From Eledone cirrhosa (taxonomy: Eukaryota): 64,000 nucleotides of DNA. Below the pieces are notes generated by a model. That model saw nothing but the letters and a program-made list of their open reading frames with translations, did not search any database and was not told the origin of the DNA. Numbering within the stretch: the first letter of the stretch is position 1; each line of letters begins with the position of its first letter. Positions 55,142 to 64,000 of the stretch are shown piece by piece. Location: assembly GCA_964016885.1 (NCBI GenBank), contig OZ024764.1:10602001-10666000 (forward strand), written 5' to 3'. Position numbers and translations under genes: made by a program.

Positions 55142-55286
55142 ACTTAGGACTCTGCTTCTGGACCCTAAACTAAAGACTTTCTATTTTTCCTCCATTTTTT
55201 TTCTTTTCTTCTATTGCAGTAATCCAGCATCTAAAGACTTCAATCCCAGCTCCCAGTTCTGTCATTCATTATCATCTTTCTCCAGA

Positions 55287-55394
55287 ATGAGACTGAGGTT
55301 TTTTCTCAGAGAACTTTGGTTATTTCGTAATGTTTTCATTGTCATACTGACACCACTGCTGTTACTACCGATACCTCTTATCTTGAAGTCTGTG
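55287..55394 (+). CDS. SLC13A: SLC13 Na+/di-tricarboxylate-sulfate cotransporter (Indy-like), first coding exon
   Basis: MRLRFFLRELWLFRNVFIVILTPLLLLPIPLILKSV|gtaagt, phase 0; LTPLLLLP is typical of the SLC13 N-terminus. Confidence 0.9.
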
Positions 55395-56805
55395 GTAAGT
55401 TTTTTAACACATAGGTGGCGCTCATCATCATTTATTTATTAATTGTATTCAACAGCATATATTGGGTTGTCAAGTATGAAATTTGTAGGAAAGACAAAGT
55501 TGACCATATGCCTCTCTACAAATTTCATACTTATCTAGGGCGGGTAAAATTCCCGAGATCCATGGACGAGTTCTCTCCAGCGGTCTCTGTCCCTCATTAT
55601 CGCTGCCATGTCCTGCGTCTCCAACAGACCAGTGTCTGACCTTAGGGCATCAACATATGTTAACCTCGGTCTTCCTCTTCCAGTGTGTCCATGCAGGGGC
55701 TCCCACAGGAGCACTGAGTGCAGTGTCAACTCTGGATGCCGGTGAGCATGTCCAAGGTTTCAAGGTTCAAATTTGACCATACCTCTAGAATACAGAGATA
55801 TCCAAATAGTGACCTTTCTTCAGGGTTAATATGAGTTTATTGTAAAGGACCCCAAAGAAAGGTCAATATTTTGATGTCTGTTGTATTCGAGAGGTATGGT
55901 CAAATTTGGACCTTGAAACCTTGGGCAGAGCTTTTGTTTTATGTATGAGCATAAATATATATATATATATATATATATGTTGGTGTATGTATGTGTTTCT
56001 AGGGCGGGTAAAATTCTCGAGATCCATGGACGAGTTCTCTCCAGCAGTCTCTGTCCCTCATTATTGCTGCCATGTCCTGCGTCTCCAACAGACCAGTGTC
56101 TGTCCTTAGGGCATCAACATACATTAACCTTGGACTTCCTCTTCCAGTGTGTCCATGTAGGGGCTCCCACAGGAGCACTAAGTGCAGTGTCAACTCTGGA
56201 TGTCGGTGAGCATGTCCAGCTAACCTCAGTCTCCTCTGGGCTACTTTCGAGCTGATCCTTGGGAGGCTCCCGTACAGCTCTGAGTTTTTCATCCTCAGTG
56301 TATACTGATTAATGTTCAGAGCCTTCCTCAGCATTCTCGTGTAGCACCCATCCACCATCTGTGAGAGTCTCTTGGTCAGTGTCCAAGTCTCAGACCCGTA
56401 CAGCAGCACAGACTCCACTACAGCAACGACCCAATCACAAGACCCACTTTTTTCCCCACCACCAAAAAATGTCCCAGAAACTCCCCTGATTCTTATAAAA
56501 TTAAGGGTCACTTTGGGTTACTTGCTAATGGAGTTCTAGTGTTGTTGTGGCCCTTAAATTAAATTGTAAACATCTACGCAAATGTATTTATCAGAAGACG
56601 GAGGTGAAGGGTGTGGGCTGTGTTATCTATCTATCTTTCTATCTGTACTGTGTTGTTTGCTTCGCTATAATGCTTCTGTTTAATTTTTACACACACACAC
56701 ACATATATATTACACACACACACATATTTATACAGTATATATATACTCTTTTACACTTTTACCTGTAAGAGGGCTACATATATATATACATATATACATA
56801 TATAA

Positions 56806-57158
56806 TAATTGTTTCTACTTTTGGCACAAGGCCAGCAATTATCCCAGGGTCTTACTGGTACTTTATTTTATCGACCCCGTAAGGATGAAAGGCAAAGTTA
56901 ACCTCGGCGGGATTTGAACTCAGATCATAAAGGGCCGTAACTCTATGCCGCAAAGGAGAGCATCCGACCCTCTAATAATTGTTTCTACTTTTGGCACAAG
57001 GCCAGCAATTACCCCAGTGTATTACTGGTACTTTATTTTATCGACCCCGTAAGGATGAAAGGCAAAGTTAACCTCGGCGGGATTTGAACTCAGATCATAA
57101 AGGGCCGTAACTCTTTGCTGCAAAGCGTGGCGTCCGACTCTCTACCGATACTGCCAAT
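56806..57158 (-). mobile_element. Two tandem CORE-type SINE copies
   Basis: Reverse complement of the 449-624 family. Confidence 0.8.
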
Positions 57159-57309
57159 ACTTATTAATATCATTGATATTATACTCCAGAAAAGCTGTTG
57201 AGTGCTTCGAATCAGTTATAAATATCTATATTTGTTGAATTACCAACAAATTAAATATCCCTTTTGCTTATCTATATATATACAGATAAATATATATGTA
57301 CAAAGTGAA

Positions 57310-59109
57310 ACCTACAGTCAGTAGGCACCTCTTAACCAAATATACACCCCAATCCACTACCCCTACCCTATCCTCCCACTCCCACCAACACCACCCTCTC
57401 TCTGTAAAGTTGGTACCACAACATCCAGTCCAAATAAATGAGATAATGTGATCGAGATCGTGTAGGTATCACGACAAAAAAACACACAGTCCACGCTGTA
57501 ATGTGGCCGTGTAGGTGACACGACAAAAAACACACAGTCCACGCTGTAATGTGGGCGTGTAGGTGCCACAACAAACAAACACACAGTCCACGCTGTAATG
57601 TGGTCGTGTAGGTGTCACAACAAAAAAACACACAGTCCACACTGTAATGTGGTCGTGTAGGTGTCACAACAAAAAAACACACAGTCCACACTGTAATGTG
57701 GTCGTGTAGGTGTCACAACAAAAAAACACACAGTCCACACTGTAATGTGGTCGTGTAGGTGTCACAACAAAAAAACACACAGTCCACGCTGTAATGTGGT
57801 TGTGTAGGTGTCACAACAAAAAAACACACAGTCCACGCTGTAATGTGGCCGTGTAGGTATCACGACAAAAAAGTCACACAGTCCACGCTGTAATGTGTTC
57901 GTGTAGGTGTCACAACAAAAAAACACAGTCCACGCTGTAATGTGGGCGTGTAGGTGTCACAACAAAAAAACACACAGTCCCCGCTGTAATGTGGCCGTGA
58001 AGGTGTCACAACAAAAAAACACACAGTCCATGCTGTAATGTGGCCGTGTAGGTGTCACAACAAAAAAACACACAGTCCACGCTGTAATGTGGGCGTGTAG
58101 GTGTCACAACAAAAAAACACACAGTCCACGCTGTAATGTGGGCGTGTAGGTGTCACAACAAAAAAACACACAGTCCACGCTGTAATGTGGCCGTGTAGGT
58201 GTCACAACAAAAAAACACACAGTCCACGCTGTAATGTGGCCGTGTAGGTGTCACGAGAAAAAAAACACAGTCCACGCTGTAATGTGGTCGTCTAGGTGTA
58301 ACGACAAAAAACACACAGTCCACGCTGTAATGTGGCCGTGTAGGTGTCACAACAAAAAAACAGTCCACGCTGTAATGTGGGCGTGTAGGTGTCACAACAA
58401 AAAAACACACAGTCCACGCTGTAATGTGGCCGTGTAGGTGTCACGAGAAAAAAAACACAGTCCACGCTGTAATGTGGTCGTCTAGGTGTCACAACAAAAA
58501 AACACAGTCCACGCTGTAATGTGGGCGTGTAGGTGTCACAACAAAAAAACACACAGTCCACGCTGTAATGTGGCCGTGAAGGTGTCACAACAAAAAAACA
58601 CACAGTCCATGCTGTAATGTGGCCGTGTAGGTGTCACAACAAAAAAACACACAGTCCACGCTGTAATGTGGTCGTGTAGGTGTCACGAGAAAAAAACACA
58701 CAGTCCACGCTGTAATGTGGCCGTGTAGGTGTCACGAGAAAAAAACACACAGTCCACGCTGTAATGTGGGCATGTAGGTGTCACAACAAACAAACACACA
58801 GTCCACGCTGTAATGTGGGCGTGTAGGTGTCACAACAAAAAACAGTCCACGCTGTAATATATATATATATGCACAAACACACATACACCAACAACAAGGA
58901 GGTCCAACAATATATTTTATGACCCAGATTGCAAGCAATAAAAAATGACACTGAAACTACAGAATACTTTCAGAGCAGGGATGGGCCTTGGGGTGGGGTG
59001 GGAGGCCATTGGAAGGGAGCTGGGGTGCTTTGCTGCTTTGTGGTGTCATTCCTGAAGGCAAATGTGTGAAGGGTGATGGGTGGGTGATGGGTAACAATAT
59101 AATACAATG

Positions 59110-59140
<31 letters not shown>

Positions 59141-59618
59141 CCTACTACAGTCAGTAGGCATCTCTAACAAAATACACCCCCGTCCCACCACCCCCACCCC
59201 ATCCACACCGCCCCTTTCAATGTAAAGTTATGTTGGTGCCACAACATCCAGGCTGAAACAAATGAGATCGTGTAGGTGTCACGACAAAAAAAAACACAGT
59301 CCACGCTGTAATGTGACCGTGTAGGCAACATGGTAAAAACCTCCCAGCCCCACACTGTAAATGTGGTTGGTGTTAGGAAGGGCATCCAGCTGTAGAAAAC
59401 CCGCCAGACAGTCCACACTGTAATGTGGCCGTGTAGGCAACACGGTAAAAACCTCCCAGCCCCACACTGTAAGGAAGGGCATCCAGCTGTAGAAAACCCG
59501 CCAGACAGTCCTATGCGAGCAAGACAATCACTCTTGCCTCAAGTGGGAAAACCCCCGTCCAAACCCATGCAAGCGTGGAACACGGACGTTAAACGTTGAT
59601 GATGATGATGATGATGAT
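57310..59618 (+). mobile_element. RTE-related SINE-like elements: first copy expanded into a ~46-bp array (57460-58856, about 30 units); second copy at 59145-59618
   Basis: Unit cacagtccacgctgtaatgtggccgtgtaggtgtcacaacaaaaaaa is single-copy in 13140-13513 and 38265-38638; ggtgttaggaagggcatccagctgtag and (gat)n tail in the second copy. Confidence 0.8.
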
Positions 59619-59735
59619 CCTATAACTTCAAATCCGCCTTTCATCCTTACGGGGTCGATAAAATAAAGTACCAGTAATACACAGGGATAACTGCTGGTCT
59701 TGTGCCAAAAGCAGAAACAATTATTATACATGCAC

Positions 59736-60263
59736 ATGATGCTGCATGGTAGTGAGACATGGGCAGCAACTGCAGAGGATATGCGACGGCTGGAGAGAAA
59801 TGAAGCAAGCATGCTCCGTTGGATGTGCATTGTCAATGTGCGTGAACGACCCAGCATAGATGTGTTGAGAGAGAAACTGTGTATAAGAGGGATAGAATGT
59901 AGTGTGCGGGAGAGAAGACTGAGATGGTATGGACATGTGATGTGTTGAGAGAGAAACTGTGTATAAGAGGGATAAGTTGTAGTGTGCGGGAGAGAAGACT
60001 GAGATGGTATGGACATGTGATGTGCATGGAGGATGACTGCTGGGTAAAGAAGTGCCAGGAAATGCCAGTTGAAGGAAGACGTGGTAGAGTTAGACCACGA
60101 AAAACATGGGCAGAGGTGGTGAGAGCAGACCTCAGATTGCTGAAGCTCACGGAGGAGATGACGAAGGACCGTGACAAGTGAAGAGATGCTGTGCTGAATA
60201 GGACCCGTCCCATCCTTGCAAGCAGGGAAAAGTGGACGTAAAATGATGATGATGATGATGATG
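59736..60263 (+). mobile_element. RTE LINE 3' fragment with an internal ~80-bp duplication and (GAT)n tail
   Basis: MLHGSETW, RRLRWYGHV twice, RPRKTW. Confidence 0.88.
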
Positions 60264-60264
60264 A

Positions 60265-60452
60265 GGGCGGTGAATTGGCAGAATCGGTAGAGCGTCGGAC
60301 AACATGTTTTTCAGCACAAAGTTACGGCCCTTTACGGTCTGAATTCAAATTATGCTGAATTTAGCTTTGCCTTTCATCCTTACAGGGTCGATAAAATAAA
60401 GTACCAGTAATGCACTGGTCAATTGCTGGCCTTGTGCCAAAAGTAGAAACCA
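60265..60452 (+). mobile_element. CORE-type SINE ending about 45 bp upstream of the SLC13 exon
   Basis: ggcggtgaattggcagaatcggtagagc head, core and tail. Confidence 0.8.
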
Positions 60453-60497
60453 TTGTTACAGGGTTTAACAACTTTACTATTTTTTCTTTCACCACAG

Positions 60498-60647
60498 GAA
60501 GCGAAATGTGCCTATGCTATACTAGTGATGGCTGTGTACTGGATCAGTGAGGCCCTTCCCATTGCCGTTACTTCTCTGCTACCCCTAGTACTGTTTCCTG
60601 TGCTAGGTGTAAGCACAGCAAAAACTGTAGCCAGGAACTATATCAAT
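60498..60647 (+). CDS. SLC13A: SLC13 second coding exon
   Basis: ccacag|EAKCAYAILVMAVYWISEALPIAVTSLLPLVLFPVLGVSTAKTVARNYIN|gtgagt, phase 0/0. Confidence 0.95.
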
Positions 60648-60670
60648 GTGAGTCTATTTGTGTATTTATA

Positions 60671-60733
<63 letters not shown>

Positions 60734-60749
60734 GTATATATATATATAC

Positions 60750-61016
60750 AATATATTAACAAATGGAAACTATATTTATAAAACCATATTTATTTCATTA
60801 TACATATTTCAAGGACACCAAAGCAAATTATGGTGCGCTTTCATCAGATAAAATATAATATAGATCAGTTTTATAAACAAATATTGACATACTCTTAAAG
60901 AATGCGACCATGTCGGTTGATGAAAGCGCACCATAATTTGCTTTGGTGTCCTTGAAATATGTATAATGAAATAAATATGGTTTTATAAATATAGTTTCCA
61001 TTTGTTAATATATTGT
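60750..61016. mobile_element. Fold-back hammerhead-bearing element; relatives at about 27535-27630 and 31795-31875
   Basis: Inverted arms with (C/T)TGATGA-aagcgcacc...ggtgtcctt-GAAAtat. Confidence 0.7.
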
Positions 61017-61140
61017 ATTTTTACTCCAAAAATTTGTTGAGTGCTTTATATCAGTTATAAAAATATTTACTTGTTGTATCCCAACAAATTAAATATAACT
61101 TCTACATATATATATATTTTTTTTTTAAAAGCATTACAAG

Positions 61141-61226
61141 GGCTCTGACGAGCCGCATATTACGGAGTTGGGTAAGATCGATTCAGATCACACCTTGAGC
61201 TGATCAGTGGTGAAACACGTGTCACC
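61141..61226 (+). ncRNA. Hammerhead-like motif with extended stem II
   Basis: CTGACGA-GCCGC...GTGGT-GAA-ACACGTGT-C; stem I is weak. Confidence 0.55.
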
Positions 61227-61515
61227 AACCAATAAATGTAATGAAGGAGTAACCAATCATCCTTGTTATTTTATTTCACTATAATACACTCTGTATAACT
61301 CTACACCTCAACACTGAAGTGAACCTAAACATCGAGTGCTCACCCGGGTGAACCTACAGTGACTCCAAGTTACACTCCCTGGATATATATATATATATAT
61401 ACAATAGTACAGCATATTCGAAGTTTGATCAGCAGCCTTGCCAATGAATGCCTTCAGCAGTGGAGCCTATATATATAGATAGATAGCCTATATATATAGA
61501 TAGATAGATAGATAT

Positions 61516-62197
61516 ATTTCTTTATTTACCATAAAGGCATAAAAAGAAGGGACAAATACAAAGGGGGAGTTTACATACAATCGAGTAAAAAGGGTATAAA
61601 ATGAAAATAATCGAAAATAACCTCAAAAGGGAGGGGACGTGATGGGGGTTGCACACACCCCCGAAAAAGTGTGCAATCCTTTGCCCGGGGAGCACATGGA
61701 GAAGGTGCTCCCCTCTCCTTTACTTCTTTACCTACAGGATGGTATACAGAGAAGGCCCATTTACACAAGCCATTCTCGCCACTATCACCCACCTTTCATA
61801 AAACTGCCTGTGGCCAAGATAGATAGATAGATAGATAGATAGATATATTTCTTTATTAGCCACAGGGGCACAAAAGAAGGGGACAAATACAAAGGGGGAA
61901 GTTTACATACAATAAAAACGTGTAAAATGTTATCACAGATGGAATTTAAAAAGTTAGTCGATTTTCCCCAATAGAGGGAGACAGTTTATATGGGTAACAC
62001 AGACCCCCGAAAAAAATGTGCAACCCTCATCTCCAGGAGTACGAAGAGCTTGTACTCCTTTCCTCTCCTCCTCCTTTTCCTCAACCTACAGGCTGATATA
62101 GAGAGAAGGCCCATTCACTCGGGCCATTCTCGCCACTTTCACCCACCTTTCATAAAACTTGCTGGGGTACAGCACCTCTCTCTCCATCCTGATTCTT
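61516..62197 (-). mobile_element. Two Tx1-type 3' fragments with (GATA)n flanks
   Basis: Reverse complement of the 35310-36310 family; the first is more diverged. Confidence 0.85.
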
Positions 62198-62379
62198 TTG
62201 AAGACTAAAATCCAAAGAGAGCTCCATAAGGATAAATATATATCAAATATATAAAAACCCTAGAGGAAATATTTATTAAAATAACATATCTCGTTAAGGG
62301 TGAAAATAGCGATTCTTTGCTTAAACTTTAATCTGTTATTTTAATAATATATATATATAGATATATAGCTTCGTTTATT

Positions 62380-62434
62380 ACTGCTATATATATTTCAGTG
62401 ACAGCCATCTTTGGCTGTGACCTCTTCAGGCAGT
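62380..62434 (-). ncRNA. Type I hammerhead ribozyme with a (TA)n stem III; degenerate relative at 62735-62793
   Basis: ACTGC-CTGAAGA-GGTCACAGCC aaagat GGCTGTCACT-GAA-ATATATAT-A-GCAGT. Confidence 0.75.
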
Positions 62435-62934
62435 TTGAATTAGTACGGTATAGACAAGTACATATGTTGTTTAGGTGTATAATATTGTCAATACTCTGAT
62501 ATGCCCAGTTAACTTGTTGGGTTGTTAATTCACTGAGGAACTGGAATCATATCTACTCCGGAGTAACCAAACCAACCTGCGCACTTCGTCGAGTGCTCCA
62601 GCCTGCATACTGAGGTGTTGGTATACAACCAACATAAACTCAAAATCTCTCTATATATATATAGATATATAGATATATATATAAACAAGAAGTGTAAGTC
62701 ATCAAGTTAAAATTAACTTCATTTATTCATATTCACTGCAATATATATTTTGGTGATAACTATTATTCAACAGTTATGACCTCATCAGACAGCTAGAATT
62801 TGAGCAGGAAAACCAATTCATAAACAAAGTATATATATAAGAGATGTCAACATGAATGGATCTGTTATTTTTATCTAAAGACACTTTCTCCAATTCCACG
62901 CCGCCCATCCCTTCAATCTCTCTTGTTTCTCAGT

Positions 62935-62975
62935 CTTTCTTCTGATGAAGGACTAGCGTCCGAAACGTTAAGACC
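62935..62975 (+). ncRNA. Minimal hammerhead ribozyme; degenerate relative at 23044-23085
   Basis: TCTT-CTGATGA-A-GGAC tagc GTCC-GAA-ACGT-T-AAGA. Confidence 0.7.
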
Positions 62976-63078
62976 CTCTTCCTGCTATTTCAAGCGTTAA
63001 CCTAATATATCCCTTCCATATACTGTACTGATTGTGTTGTTATTTCTGTTTACATTTTACATATATACTTATATATAT

Positions 63079-63506
63079 CTACTACTACTACCACCACCAC
63101 TACTACCACCACCATCACCACTACTACTACTACTACTACTACCACCATTACTACTACTACTACTACCGCTACTACCATCACCGCCACCACTACTACCACT
63201 ACTACTACTACCACCAACACTACTACCACCATCACCACTATTACTACTACTACTACTACCATTACTACTACTACTACTACCACCACCACCACCACCACCA
63301 CCACCACTACCACTACTACTACTACTACTACCACCACTATCACCACTATTACTACTACTACTACTACCATTACTACTACTACTACTACCACCACCACCAC
63401 TACTATTACTACTACTACTACTACCACTACTACCACCACTACTACTACTACCACCACCACCACCACCACCACTACCACCACCACCACTACTACCACCACT
63501 ACCACC

Positions 63507-63547
<41 letters not shown>

Positions 63548-63599
63548 CACTACTACCACCACCACCACTACTACTACCACCACCACCACTACTACCACC

Positions 63600-63631
<32 letters not shown>

Positions 63632-63674
63632 CACCACTACTACCACAACCACTACTACTACTACTACCACTACT

Positions 63675-63709
<35 letters not shown>

Positions 63710-63901
63710 CACTACTACCACCACCACAACTACCACCACCACTACTACTACTACTACCACTACTACCACCACCACTACTACTACAACTACCACTACTACC
63801 ACCACCACCACTACTACCACCACCACTACTACCACCACCACTACTACTACCACCACTACCACCACCACCACCACTACCACCACCACCACTACTACTACTA
63901 C
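63079..63901. repeat. (CTA/CCA)n trinucleotide microsatellite
   Basis: About 820 bp, directly visible. Confidence 0.95.
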
Positions 63902-63911
63902 TCTATTGCAG

Positions 63912-64000
63912 GACACAACGATGTTGTTTGTGGGAGGCCTAATAGTGGCGTTGGCCATCGAAACATGGAGTCTTCACAAAAGAATTGCTTTGAAAACCCT
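63912..64000 (+). CDS. SLC13A: SLC13 third coding exon (runs off the window)
   Basis: ttgcag|DTTMLFVGGLIVALAIETWSLHKRIALKT, the hallmark SLC13 GG..A.A.E...LHKRIAL motif. Confidence 0.95.

Overview
AT-rich, repeat-saturated animal genomic DNA, very probably an octopod cephalopod (inferred from huge (TA)n-type microsatellites and octopus-type tRNA SINEs). Host genes: the first three coding exons of an SLC13 Na+/carboxylate-sulfate cotransporter (+, 55287 to the window end), and a candidate orphan gene (-, about 26.3-18.3 kb) whose 3.3-kb terminal exon encodes an (EP)n/(KP)n rod plus His/Cys-rich repeats. Mobile DNA: a near-intact full-length L1/Tx1 LINE, two 5'-truncated Penelope-like elements (PLEs), RTE and CRE fragments, SINEs, a TTAA MITE carrying satellites, and several TE-derived tandem arrays. 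The most striking hidden layer is about 20 type-I hammerhead-ribozyme cores from several unrelated sequence families. Many lie in head-to-head fold-back insertions in or beside (TA)n tracts, and some use TA repeats as their palindromic stem III. All calls were made by eye and coordinates of repeats are approximate.
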